This document shows positions 23,801 to 36,751 of a stretch of 41,753 nt of DNA, piece by piece (position 1 is the first letter of the stretch; every line of letters starts with the position of its first letter). The position numbers were made by a program, and so were the translations under genes. Origin of the DNA: Seison nebaliae. Lineage: Eukaryota. The notes under the pieces are model-generated. The model searched no databases and was not told the DNA's origin. It saw nothing but the letters and a program-made list of their open reading frames with translations. The DNA lies in contig JALJEE010002408.1 in the NCBI GenBank assembly GCA_023231475.1, positions 62,001-103,753 of the forward strand. Reading direction: 5' to 3'.

Positions 23801-24839
23801 TTTTTTTGATTTAAATCTTTTTTTTTTAAAATGAAATTCGTTCAATAACTTATGTTGAGATGATGAGGACAATTATCTAGTTGACATTGATTCACGAAAT
23901 AAATGTTGAAGAACGTCGAATATATCAAGATAAAAATTATTAATCTACTAAATTTTCGTTCAAGTTTTAAAATGATTTAAAAGATTTTTCCTTTTTCAAA
24001 TTCTTAGTTTTCATCTTTCTCTTTAATTGTTTAATAATTCTTTAATATTGTTCATTAGTTGTCGGTCTTTAGCTCATCCTATATAAAATATTCCAAAAAA
24101 AGCAATGAAACGGTGATTTCTTCACTCACTTTTTTTATTAAACAATTTTCCTCATCCACTTCTTAATAAGGGAATTTCTCTCATTAAATTCTCTATTCAA
24201 TGGAACTTTCTTTATCCACTACTAATTCGATGTTCAATCCATCATAAGAGATGGTGGGTAAAAAATAATTCATAAGTTATCGTAGTTATCGTTAGCTTTG
24301 ACAATTCTGATCGCTAGTGATTATTAGTGTTTTTTCAGACAGTTTAAAGTTTACATTGTCGACATTCAAGAATACCATCGAAAATTTATAAAGTCGGTTA
24401 AAATTGTCATTTTTAGTCGTTAATTTTTAAGAGAAAAAAAATATGTTTTGTTACACACCAAACTAACGTTTGCCGAAAATTAGGCGAGTAAAATTTCGTA
24501 ATGAAGAAAGCGAGTGAACAAATCACCATTTAATTGTATATTTCAGAAAATTTTAAATAGTATAAAGAAATGTCCGTCATTGTTTTAATTTATTTAATGA
24601 ATTGAATATTTTTGGGTGATTACATTATTATCTCTCCAAATATTGAGATTTAAGCTAAAACTTTGAATTTCTTATTTGCAAGTTTCATCGTTGGCAGATT
24701 GAGTAGGAGAAGAATAATTTAACAGATCTCCTCAGGGAAATGAGTCAGAATAAATAAGAATTTGGAAATCCCATTTTGAAACTTAAACATATTGGGGAAT
24801 AATTTGTGTTTGAAGTGATTGTGGGTAAAATTGTTGAGA

Positions 24840-27800
24840 ATGAATAACTTGCCGAAATCGCAGATGGTTGAGATGAATTGGAAAACGACGGAAATGGAAA
24901 TTGATTATTCGCCTGTCCTCTTATTCATTCGTCAAAACTATCCGGATCAATTGAATAGTTTTGTAACACCATTGGAAGAGTTGACAGCAATGCGATTGAA
25001 AGCAATTCGAACAAATGGAAGTTATAATCATTATATGGAACTCATCGATTATTTGAATCAATTAAATTTATTAAAATTCCGCGTTCCAATTGGACATGAA
25101 TCTCCATATCACATGAAAGTGAAATGGAAGGATTCGTTGAGTGGTAAATGTGTTGAATGGAATGGAATTGAATTAGAGGAGGCATCCATTCTTTATAATA
25201 TTATCGTGACAGGTTATGAAATGATTCGATCGAATACTTTCGATTTTACCGATTTGCAAAAAACACTCATTCTATTTAAACAAATGTTATATGCCAGTGA
25301 GCGATTGAAGAATGAATTCTCTCATTTAGAATTATCAGACGACTTACAAAGTGATTATATCGATCTACTCGTTCATATGACGAAGATTTCCGCACATGAA
25401 ATTCTTATAAGAAAATTATTCAAAGATGGCAAATCTGGATTGTTATTATTAAGATTGATTAAACAATTGATAAATTATATTGATCAATTATTGAATATGT
25501 TAGACATAATCAATAACAGTTCACATAATGTTAGTCCCTGGGTATCTCCTTTCAAAGGAAAAAGTGGAACTTCATGGACGAAAACATACAAATTCCAGAG
25601 AGCCGCTTATGACGTCATATTGACATATGTGATGGGAGAATGTTCAATGGAGAGGAAAGAAATGGGATTAGCAGTTCGATTTTTCGAACATTGTCAAGAA
25701 GAGTTGAAAGGAATGAAATCGGTGAAAAGAAATGATAATAATCGTTTGGCAATTTATGATTTTTTAATGACAACAATAAATGAAATTTTGACGAAAACGA
25801 AGAAAGAAAATGATTTTATTTATGTGAAAAAAGTTCCTGAAACATTTTTGGAAGCATTGGAAATATTCGAAACATTTATCAATGGACCTGTGAATGGAAT
25901 TGAAATGATCAAATCGGAACCATTGATACCATCGGATGAGAAAGATTTATTCTCAACAATCATTCCAATGGAAAGTCATACCTTATCCTCAGTTTACAGT
26001 AGTCGAATTGATGAGATTAATCGACAAGTGAATTCGGATGTGGAAGAAGCTCAAGAGGAATTGGATAATCTTCTCCGATTGACTTTGGAATCAGATGGAA
26101 AACAAATTTTTGTAGACGAAAAAGAACAAGCTCTCCTTCCTTATGATAAAGAATATTCTACAAAAAAATTAATTAATGTGGCTGCAGCAGTCGTCTCAAA
26201 ATCGTCGATGATTAATGATCTAGTACAAATGTCGATTAATTTGAATAATGTTTTTTTTGATACGAATGTCGCTTGGGATGATCAGTTCAAGAGAATTAGT
26301 GATAAATTCAATGTGAAAGACAAAAATGATTTAATAAAATTGAAGAATCAAGGAGACGTAATGCAATTCGCTAAATCACTTTTCTCTATCAAAGAAGAGA
26401 TTGATAAGAATGAAATGGTGACACAATCGTTGACTGAATCGTTGAGTAAAATTTTGAATAATTTGAAAATATTAAAAAAACCGATTCGAACTATTATTTC
26501 ATCGATTTCAGAAAAAGATGAAATGGGAGGTAATTTAGATAATAATCAAAATACGAATGAACTCATTCAAGAGTTTAACAATACCGTTCAAACGATTAAT
26601 ATTATATTGAATCGTTTGAAAGAATTAAATGGAAATCGAATAATTATCGTTACTAAATTAAAGAATGATCTGAAAGAAGACGATATTGCTCGAAAAATCT
26701 CTGGTCATCCTGAAGTGATCAATGACGAGGAACGTCGAAAGAAATTTCTGGAGGATGAAGAGAAGAAACATGATGGAGCGAGAGAAGAACTCAAAAATAA
26801 TTTTGATTCACAACGAAGTATATTGAAACGGTTGGCAGATAAAAGAACGGAATTATTGATGGTGGGAAGACAAATTGATTTGAGAACTAAAAAAGGAAAA
26901 GAATTTATTCAGGAACTGACATGTGCATATGAAAATGTACCAGAAGTTAAATCACAATTGGAAAGAACTATCAAATTCTATAGGGAGAAAAAAGAAGAGA
27001 TTAATAAATTAATTTCAAAATATAAAAGTGTCGAAATGAAATTGAATGGTAACGAATTAAGTTTAATTGAAAATGAAAATTTCGTTACTTTACCATCGGC
27101 ACCACCACCAAGTGCATCTAAAGATCAAACATTTTCATCAGGTTTCGTTCCAAAACCTTCCATGGCCAATAAACCGATATCGATGATAAATGACGATAAT
27201 CGTCCAAAACTTAAAGATTTTTTCAATTTCAATAATAAAGCGAAAACGAGTAGAAGAAAAAATTCTCCAATTGATGGATCTTCGACTGCAATTAATCATT
27301 CTATAATGGCAACAAAACAATTAACAAAACCAGCAAATAATTTAGCAGCGGAACAATTTCCTCATGCTCATTTGGGATGTTCCTATCCAAACAATATCCA
27401 AATATCTGATCAACATGAATCTGAGAATCCATCGAATCAACGACAATTAAATAACTATCAACATCAGATGAATCGTCTACCTATTGTAAATTTTCAAAAG
27501 GTTAATAATCATTTCAATCTATTCAATCATTTAGTTTTTTTCAGAATGATTTACAAGAAGATAATGATTTGCAACATATTCCTCAACTATTGGGGAACCA
27601 AGAAATAATAGAAGGAATACAAGAACGATATGAACAATTGCAACAATTGCAACAACAACAACAAGGTATCGAACAACTAAAACAACAACAAATTATTCAT
27701 CATCAACAACAACAACGACAAATTAACCAACAACCACCGCAAATTAATCAACAACAACAACCACCAAAATTTAACCAACAACCACCGCAAATTAATCAAC

Positions 27801-28864
27801 AACCACTACAAATTAATCAACAACAACAACCACCACAAATTAATCAACAACAACAACAACGACAAATTAACCAACAACCACCACAAATTAATCAACAACA
27901 ACAACCACCACAAATTAATCAACAACCACCACAAATTAATCAACAACAACAACCACCACAAATTAATCGACAACGTTATCAACAAAGACTACAAATTAAT
28001 CAACAACAACAACCAGTACAAGTTAATCAACAACAACAACCACCACAAATTAATCAACAACAACAACTACTACAAGTTAATCAGGAACAACAGATCAATT
28101 ATCATTATCAACAACAACAAAATGACCAAAAACATTATCAACAACAATTACAACTACAACGACAACAAATTAATCAGCATCATCCTTCTGGTGGTCTCAC
28201 TGAACAATATCGTGGATCAACTAATAACTATCCAATAGGTCAAGATGTATCGGATAAAGGAATACAAAATCTGCAACAACAATTCGATTTGATGAACGTT
28301 AAAGAATCGGAGAAGAAACTTAATATTATCCCTAATAAAATATCAAAGCCGCCATCCGTCAACAGTTTGGCGACGAGTATTGTACCACCATCAGACGATA
28401 TAAACAGAAGAGATATATTTAATAATAAATTCGTACCACCACCATTAAATGGATCTCAAAGTGATTCAATTACAAACGATCCATCCCAAGGTATTCCTTC
28501 AAATATTCCGAATAAACAATTATTTGTGGAAAATTATAATCAACAAATAAATTCGGGACAGAATTTCCCTAACAACGTCTTACCGGGAAGATCTCTCTTT
28601 GCTCCCATTAGTTCTCAAAAGCCATCATTCCTTTCCAATTCTAATGTCCAACCTACAGAAGAACAATCGTTCACAAACACCGATATGATTTATCGTCCTA
28701 TGAATACATTGAATTCAGCATCGGATGAACAATATAATCAACAACCGAATCTATCAAACATGTTTCAACCGAAAGCCACTGCACGACCATGGGAAAATTT
28801 GAAAAATAATGTTCCAACAATGCCATCTGACGATTCTGCAACTTTCGACGTTAGTTTCACTTAA
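24840..28864 (+). CDS. Bro1 + V-domain ESCRT accessory protein, HD-PTP/PTPN23-like, with Gln/Pro-rich tail and no PTP domain, ~1326 aa; exons 24840-27500, 27545-28864
   Basis: N-terminus resembles HD-PTP (MNNLPKSQM...FIRQNY), EEASILYN, KKENDFIY, DLFSTIIPMESH..SSVYS, DDI; a 44-nt GTT..CAG intron joins the two ORFs in frame. Confidence 0.8.
27718..28085 (+). repeat. Coding minisatellite, 21/27-bp units caaattaatcaacaa(caacaa)ccacca encoding QINQQ(QQ)PP
   Basis: More than a dozen near-identical units visible in DNA and translation. Confidence 0.9.
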
Positions 28865-28981
28865 CATTTAAACATTTTATTTGATAGAATTTTTAATAAA
28901 ATTGAAAATTAATTTTTATTTTTTTTTTTAATTTTCATAGCCGTATTTCCCGAAGAAGAATTGAGATTTGGAAAGAGAATA

Positions 28982-30691
28982 TTAATCTTCAACGTTCGAT
29001 ACAGCGTCTGGTGTCGATCCGGTAATGATCACTTCGGGTAATTGACAAACATCTTTTTTATTGAGAATGTTTCGATAATAAATATAATTTTTTTCGATTT
29101 CCTCATGATTATCCAATAGTCTTAATGTTACTTGTGAGATCTTTTCATTGCATTGTTCCATCGTGCATTCTTCCCGTTTCCACACGTCGAAAAATGCATA
29201 GAATGTTGCCACAAACAATGTAGATAGATAACAGAAATATTTCGTTCGACATTCGATCACGTCATTATTGGTGGAACTTATTAATTTTGGTGATTTAGAG
29301 AAAGTTTTCGTAGAATATAAAGAAGAATAATCGATTAATTTATGTGATTCCTTCCCTTGATTATTTGTTTGAATTAACGAATTCTTTTTCACATTATAAA
29401 ATTCAATGTGTCGATAAATGAGTAGGTGAATCGAATTAGTCAAATTAATTCCTGTGGCTGACAATAAAAATTTTTGATTTGAACTCTTTGATAGATCGAA
29501 AAGTTGTTTCACGAATAACTTGTCCCAATCATTGGAGACCATGTAGAGCATGTAGAAGAGAGAGACGATTCCTAAACCCCGAAGATCGGTTGTTGGATCA
29601 TTACCTTGAAAACCAGCTACTAATTCCCAATGTTTCCCAGTCAATTCGACATTATTTTTTGTTGAGTCATTAGAATTAATATTCATTCGTTCAATAAATC
29701 GATAATATGATAAGAGAAGAGAATTGTGAAATGAAGATTTCTTTGAAAAACTGGTTTCACTCAACAGGAAGAGAACCAATTCTTCAATCGTATATCCTTG
29801 AATGAAGGATGAACGATATTCTTTCATATAATAATCCTCAATCACATCGTTAATAATTGTGGTGTTGGAAGTAGAAGAAGAATTTGATTTATTCTTTCTC
29901 ATTTTCGGTTGACACATAGTAAGTAGATGACTCTTTATCTTCTTCTTTTTACTTAAATAATTTTTTATTTTTTTATTGATTCTCTGATCTTGTGCTTTGA
30001 TCAGGAATTCGATGGTTTTCGCATAAGCTAATCCAGATATCGGTTCTTCATCATTCGCTTCAGTCCAAGCTAATTTCAATGAAGGATATTGTTCCAACAC
30101 TACATTTTTTATCTTCTCGAACATTTCCTTCAATTTCTCTTCTTTCGTTTTCTTTATATTTTTACCTTTCTTCGTCTTTTTTAACGGTTTGATTGTAGTT
30201 GATTGAATTACATTGGGATCAATGTCAACATTCAGATACCAAGCAGAAACGGATAAAGGACGATTCAATTGATGAATCAATTCTTTCCCACCCAAATAAC
30301 CGAATTCCTTACAAATTTCTAATACGGTTTGACGTATCCATTCACATCGGGGCATAACTTTTTCACAAATAAAATTTATCGCTTCACCCCAATCCAAAAT
30401 TGTCAATTCATCAAATTTAGTGATCAATTCGATGGAATGTTCACTTTCCATGTGAGAGACGATTTTGACAGAATTAGAACTAACTGAACTGTCAATTGAA
30501 GATGTTATCGATTTATCTTGATATTTATTCTCTTTTTTTTCATATCCAAAATGTTTCTCATCGACGAGAGTAATAGCGATATCATCAAGTGTACAATCTC
30601 CGTTGTAGTCGTTACTTTCTTTCTGATCTAATTGTGCGAATGTCAAATGACCAGAAAGTGATGAACATGTCGATGAGGTTCGAGAACTCAT
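28982..30691 (-). CDS. ELMOD3: ELMO-domain protein, ELMOD3-like Arf/Arl GAP, intronless
   Basis: GKHWELVAGFQGNDPTTDLRGLG with catalytic Arg, TGINLT, F...F..VWK. Confidence 0.8.
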   Translation of the reverse strand: MSSRTSSTCSSLSGHLTFAQLDQKESNDYNGDCTLDDIAITLVDEKHFGYEKKENKYQDKSITSSIDSSVSSNSVKIVSHMESEHSIELITKFDELTILDWGEAINFICEKVMPRCEWIRQTVLEICKEFGYLGGKELIHQLNRPLSVSAWYLNVDIDPNVIQSTTIKPLKKTKKGKNIKKTKEEKLKEMFEKIKNVVLEQYPSLKLAWTEANDEEPISGLAYAKTIEFLIKAQDQRINKKIKNYLSKKKKIKSHLLTMCQPKMRKNKSNSSSTSNTTIINDVIEDYYMKEYRSSFIQGYTIEELVLFLLSETSFSKKSSFHNSLLLSYYRFIERMNINSNDSTKNNVELTGKHWELVAGFQGNDPTTDLRGLGIVSLFYMLYMVSNDWDKLFVKQLFDLSKSSNQKFLLSATGINLTNSIHLLIYRHIEFYNVKKNSLIQTNNQGKESHKLIDYSSLYSTKTFSKSPKLISSTNNDVIECRTKYFCYLSTLFVATFYAFFDVWKREECTMEQCNEKISQVTLRLLDNHEEIEKNYIYYRNILNKKDVCQLPEVIITGSTPDAVSNVED

Positions 30692-31624
30692 TATTTGTAA
30701 TTTTTTTGATAAAAGGAAATTTATTTAACAAGACTATGTAATGGAAATCGTTCGAATTCTTCGATGATTCCCTATCGATTGAAGGAATTTTTCTTCGTTG
30801 TCATAGAAACAGTTTTCAAGTTATTTTTCGCGAATAATTTCTTTTTAATTTAACATTCCTGTTACATGTCTTTCTTCTGATAATTTGACAATAAATACAA
30901 AATTCTTATACAATCTCTATATTATACTATAACATGTGAACAGGTTATTCAATTCAATTTAAATTGACTTCATACATCATTCATTATTTCGTGTACTTTT
31001 ATAGTTCATATAATTCTACCGAACAAATTTAAATATGGCACCAAAAATAAATCTCTTGTGTATTGATTGTGAAAGAGAGTTCTTACAGTAAAGGTCGAAT
31101 AACGATTTGAAAATTTGTCATTATTTTTTTAAAGAATTCCCTTCGAATAATAATAGTCAGTTTGTGGGAATAAGAGAACTTGATGATACTTTTCCCTATG
31201 TAATTTCATGAAATTACTTTGTGAATAATAAACAAATTATCGTTTCAGGATAAACTTATTAAAAATAAACTCGTCAAATGTTAAGAAGTTTCGAGGAGGG
31301 GCTGGATATTACATCTTTAGGCAAATTGATCATGAACAACGGTTGAAGGACAAACTTACTTAATTTGAAACGATAAGGAAATTTTTAAAAAAATTCTTGA
31401 AAATCTTTATTGAAAGTCCAATTAAAAGAATTGAGATTTATGGTAGTACATCCGATACTTTATGTATTGTATATGGGCATTCTTTTATTATCAATGATCA
31501 GTGTTGTGATCAGTGATCTTAAATCATTCCTTTTATACTTTCCATCATTCGATTCTCCCAACAACAACATGATAATTTGACAAAAGGAAAATTTGAACTT
31601 TAAATGATTTTCCATTAGCAGACT

Positions 31625-34040
31625 ATGAAGTCTATTTTGTCAAATTCGAGGAAGAGTCCATATGGCGATGAAGAACGATTAATCAATGAGATGAATAATG
31701 ACGATCATCAAACCACACCGATTATAAGAGATCGATTGAGACGCATATCAACTCAGGATGATACTCAAAGGTTTATCTAAATTGAATTAAGAATATTTAT
31801 TTACTTATTTCAGTATTATGTCAATGGGTGTTCAATCACATTTATGCTCCCAAGATCGAGATAAGATCCAGAACAAAATCATCCGAATGGTACAAGGACA
31901 AGTGTCACATATCCGTCGATCATTCTATCTATTGAGTGGATTTGATATGATTCTCTTTCTAATTTTATGGTTAATGAAATGTGCCGTTTATTTAACTTTT
32001 TTTCCGTTGCATATGATATTCTGTTGTTAGATTTCTGGTAAGCCGATATATACGGTGATTGTGGAAGAAGTGGTGCATTATGATGTTAAACGATCGACAT
32101 TCGATTTATTGGTTAATTTCTATCGGCCTCAAAAAAGTTCGTTGACTCATCTCCTTTAGATTTTATCGATTTTCAGATTTTCTCTATTGATGGCTGGTTA
32201 TGGTTGTATGAAGACATCACAAGTATGGATCGTTGCTGTTACTATTTAATTAACTTTTTTAAAATTAATTTAAATAATTAAATTTAAATTCTTTTTAATA
32301 TTTTATTTGTAAAGGTTTCTACAATTCTCACCAATGGATCATGTGTCTTCAAAATAGTCATGATAAGTGTTTAAAATTAAAAATTTTTGTTTATTAAATT
32401 TCACATTCCATTCTCTAATAGAGATCCCATTCAGATCCGTTGTTAATGGTGTTGGTGTTGTTGATAATATTTTGTTCGTTCATTATCTCATGGGTGGAAT
32501 TGTGGTTCTTCGGATTTCGCGTTCTACCAACAGAAACAAAATTCAAATCGAAACGTTTACTTTTTTCCTTCTTCTACTTTTCATCAAACGGTCACGTCCT
32601 GACTTTCCTTTTCTATTAAATTCACTTCATTTTCCATTGGAAATTCTTTTTAATAGTTTTCCGTTTTAATTGTTTGTCCTCCCTTTCTTTTCACATTCAG
32701 TTCGTTCGGATCCACTACTTCGTGAATATTTCAATTATATTAATTGGCGTTTAAACGCCGATCCAGCTACTTTAGCAGTCTATAATACATTTGGTATCAT
32801 CCCATCCGTTGAACAGAATCACGGAATTAATCTTCCTTTCAATCGGTCACGTCAACACAGTCAATTACATTCGGAACCACTTCCTGAAACGTTGGGCTCT
32901 ACTTGCGAACGTCTCAGAAGACAGCGGTTTCCTGAACTCAGTGGTTAGTTTTAGGCTCATCTGAAATGACAATCAATTTTATTCTGATTCAAAAAAGCCA
33001 ATTCTGATACAGAGGATGAAGCTGGTGACCGGTATAAGACACCTTTGAATGAAATGGCACCAAACGCTGTGAAAGAAACATTATCTGTCGATGACATTGC
33101 CTTTGCAAGATTCGCTACTGAAGCTACGAATAAATTAGGAACGTTAATCGATATTGACAAAACAGGTCATCGTATCCATAAACAGAACACATTGGATGGT
33201 TGGACAATAACGAAGAATATTGATAACGATACTGTTTATACAAAAATCATAAAAAAGCGAAAAGTGATCCGATTAGAGAGTGTGATCAATTGTTCTCCTT
33301 TTCAGTTATTTACCATTTTATTCACTGAAATCGATCAAATGCCATATTGGAATCCCAATATTTCAAAAGCACGTATTTTAAGAAAACTTGATGATTCCAC
33401 TGTCATCACTTATACGGTAGCGAAAGAAGCTCTCAATGGAACGATTAGTGCTCGTGATTTTGTCACAATTAATCAATACGTCGCTTATCCGCCGTCCAAT
33501 CAAGATACTTTCGCTTATCTCTTATCTGGTATGAGTATTACACATCCTGAATTCCCTCCAGTTAAAAATACGACTCGTGGAATAACTCATCCTTCAGGTT
33601 ATGCCATTGCTCGTTTAGGACAACCGAAAGAACATATAATTGATGAAACGGCTCATTTTGAACGAGCTGATGAACCGCCTGATTCTGACGAAGAAGAAAT
33701 TCCTGATAACGAACAATATGATGATGATGATGATACATCAACTATTCCCAGATTGTTTAATGCAGAAAAACGTTCTGAACGTATTCCAAGGAAACGAGGA
33801 AAAGGAAAAGGAAAATTATCGAGACATCTTACTCGATTGACAGATAACGAGAATAATAATGCTCGATTAAGTATCAAACGAATCGAACCAACTCAACGAT
33901 CTTTATTGATATCAATAGTGAATGTTGATTTGAGAGGATGGTTACCTCAAACACTCGTCGACAAAGCATTAATTGGTAATCAATTAGATTTTGCAAAGAA
34001 TTTAAGAACTTATATTAAGAAGAAATATAGTTATACTTGA
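31625..34040 (+). CDS. STARD3: StAR-related lipid transfer protein 3 (MENTAL + START), ~649 aa; exons 31625-31770, 31814-31985, 32031-32111, 32160-32237, 32315-32368, 32422-32554, 32701-32943, 32998-34040
   Basis: MENTAL: SHIRRSFYLLSGFD..LFLILW, HYDVKRSTFDL, FRF, SFIISWVELWFFGFRVLPTE; START: MPYWNP, ISARDFV, VDLRGWLPQTLVDKA; seven GTT introns. Confidence 0.88.
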
Positions 34041-36751
34041 GAATCCGTCCTCGATGTACTTCTACGATTCTCTTCATTCAACGGATCGATTTCAATCAAT
34101 TTCTCATTTAAACGTTTACTCCATATCGATCTTTCATCCACCGAATTTATCTGTATAACATAAAGAAGAATACAAGAATGTTATCATGCAATTTTCCATT
34201 TTTATCACAACAGATAATACAAATTTATTCCAACAACCATATTTGACATTTGAAAATTTATTTATTTTTTAATCATTCCACCATCACAATTGCATTTGAT
34301 TTAGAAACAAATCTAATTTTTATTCTAACTTCGTAACTTATTCTTAATAAACCACTGTGTTTCTCCATTTGTTGCTCTTTTTGCCATTCGATTATCTCAT
34401 GAAATATTTTAATGGATTCTTCACTCAACTTATTCGAATCGACCACCAAATGCAACAAACAATAATTACCTAATAACAATAACAAAGGTAATAAAACATG
34501 AAAATTTTGTCAATTCTTCTTCTAATAACCAGCGACGTACATTTTTCCATTCTCACTTTGAGCATTGGGATCTGTAATAACAAATTCCATTTCCGTTCCA
34601 TATGATTTTTTGTCCTTAAAAAAAAACCATTTTCATTAAAGTTTTCAATGAAATTTAACTCGAATTTTCTTCGACGATTCCACACGTTGTGATGAATGAA
34701 TATTTCTCTTATTCGTCACTTTCGCTAAACTGGCGGTGGATTGATTTAATGATGAACCGGTATTCGATTTTTTATTTCCAACATCTTTCCTCGAACTCTC
34801 CGCATTCTATGGCAATCGATAAGAAAATTTTAAAATGAAAAGAAAAACTTTAGTTGTCGGCTTTTTTGATTGTTGAGTACTGGCTTTGGAAGCAGCTCCA
34901 ACTTTCCTCATGCTGCTGATTGGACGATCGGTAGGATTTCCAGTAACTTTCTTATGTGGAATTGTTGATGATGATAATTTAGTAACAACGTCCTGAGTTT
35001 GATTCAAAAGATATTGATGAACATCTGTCGTCCATAATAACTTTCGTCTTTTCACTAATTCTTTGTGAGTTAAAGGAAATTTTGTTAGAATTTGGAAAAG
35101 GTATCGTATCGATAAGTCAGTTAATTCGTTATCAGCAAGATTGAGAGAGACTAATGTTCTGTTAAATTTTAAAGAGTCAAAGATCTTTATTGTCTGTTCG
35201 TCACCTATTTTATTTCCGGTGAGATCGAGACTTATTATTTTTGTAAATGCAGAATTTTCCGGATGACCGATACGTCCTGCTATTTCACTCACCGCTTCCC
35301 GATTCAAACGACAGAACCTTAACGACAAATGGGAAATCCTGTAAAATGTTTGAAGAAAATATAGTTTTTTTTTTAGAATTTAAGAAAAAAACGTTAATTG
35401 TTGTGGTAGCATTATATGAAAATCTTGATTTGGTAAGGGATTATTATCAAAATTTAAACGCTTCAATGACTTACATTCAATCAAGACATCTGATAACAAT
35501 TTTAGTAGTTCCGTGTTGAAGTTATTATTCCAGAAACTTTTGTTCCAATTGGAAATTAATTAAAAGAACAGAAAAAAGTCGAACTATAATTCCGTTAAAT
35601 GTTTTGCAGCAGACAAACAATTTTTAAGTATTTCCATAATCGAAACATCAATTTTCCAATCTATAATTCAATCGGACGAATATTTGAACAATAACATATT
35701 CTTTAACTTTTTATATGGAGTGCCGATAAGTGTTCAATTTTATTCACCACATCAATGGAAATAGACACTCGCGGTTTTATGTATTCATTGGTCGATTCTA
35801 AGATGAAAGTATTTAAATGATTCTCATCAAAATCTGTTTGAAGAATATTGACGAATTGTTAATATATAATAATTTAAATTGAACTTTCTGGTTCTTTTAT
35901 TTCATTTTGACGAACAGTACTTGAAGACTTTATTGTCTTTTCACTACTCTTCATTTCACTTCCTATCAAATAAATTACGATTATATGACAACTAAATAAT
36001 GTAACTTTGAGATTTTTCTGACAATTTAACAGGTTCATCTTCAACAGTTTCCGTGAACTTCAATTCTTTTTTCTTTTTTTGATTTTTCATTTTAATGACA
36101 GGAAGCAAAAACGGATTATTCGCAATTTCAGGTAACAGTTTCAATTTCAATTCTCTCAACGGTTCTATGGGCGATAGATCTTCATATGGATTTCGATGTT
36201 CATATTTAGGGACGAAGTTATACAAATTTTTCAAGGGATGACTCTCCAAATGCTTTTTGAATGAATTCTGAATAAGATGAATATATTACATTGAGAAATG
36301 GAAAAATCATAGTAACATTTATATTGATCATGAAAGGCATTGAATCTGCTGATTCAGAGAAAGTCAATTTGTCTGAGAGTATTTTCTCAAATACTTCCTC
36401 TTCGTCTTTTATTTGAATAACGGGATTCTTATTGGTATTACTACCACCTGTTGGAGGAGGAACTGATGGGGGTTGTAATGCCGATAAATTTTTCTTATTA
36501 AGCTGATCCATTTGTGAACGACGATCTCTTTGAACAACGGGAGGAATATAAATTAAATTTTTCCTTTTCCCCAATGCTTCGAAGTCGTCTGCAAATCGTC
36601 CAGAACAAATATATTGTCCATCTAAAAATGTTAAGAAGGAATATTATTAAAAAATTTTCAATTGAAAACTCTCATCAACAGATTCGATATCTTCAAATAT
36701 TTCCGATGTTTCACTAATAGGTCGAATTAAAATATCGGGGACGATATTCAT
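34031..36751 (-). CDS. LRRC71: Leucine-rich repeat protein, LRRC71-like, ~684 aa, 12 exons; introns 36622-36669, 36268-36316, 35963-36005, 35834-35884, 35661-35707, 35537-35584, 35339-35392, 34807-34848, 34615-34659, 34470-34529, 34151-34329
   Basis: YICSGRFADDF, WKID, LNFDNNPLP, ISHLSLR, LDLTGNKIGD, LKFNRTLVSLNLADN, FPLTHKELVKRRKL, GNYCLLHL, GLLRIS, IDP appear in LRRC71 order; eleven GTT..AG introns keep one frame. Confidence 0.8.

Noticed and set aside
27718..28085. CRISPR-like or non-coding repeat array
   Set aside because: No unique spacers; units are codon multiples within an open frame.
34273..34329. ORF-track C-terminus VRIKIRFVSK..VE as the true end of LRRC71
   Set aside because: Begins at a GTTAGA donor; the spliced alternative gives a better family-like end, although unconfirmed.
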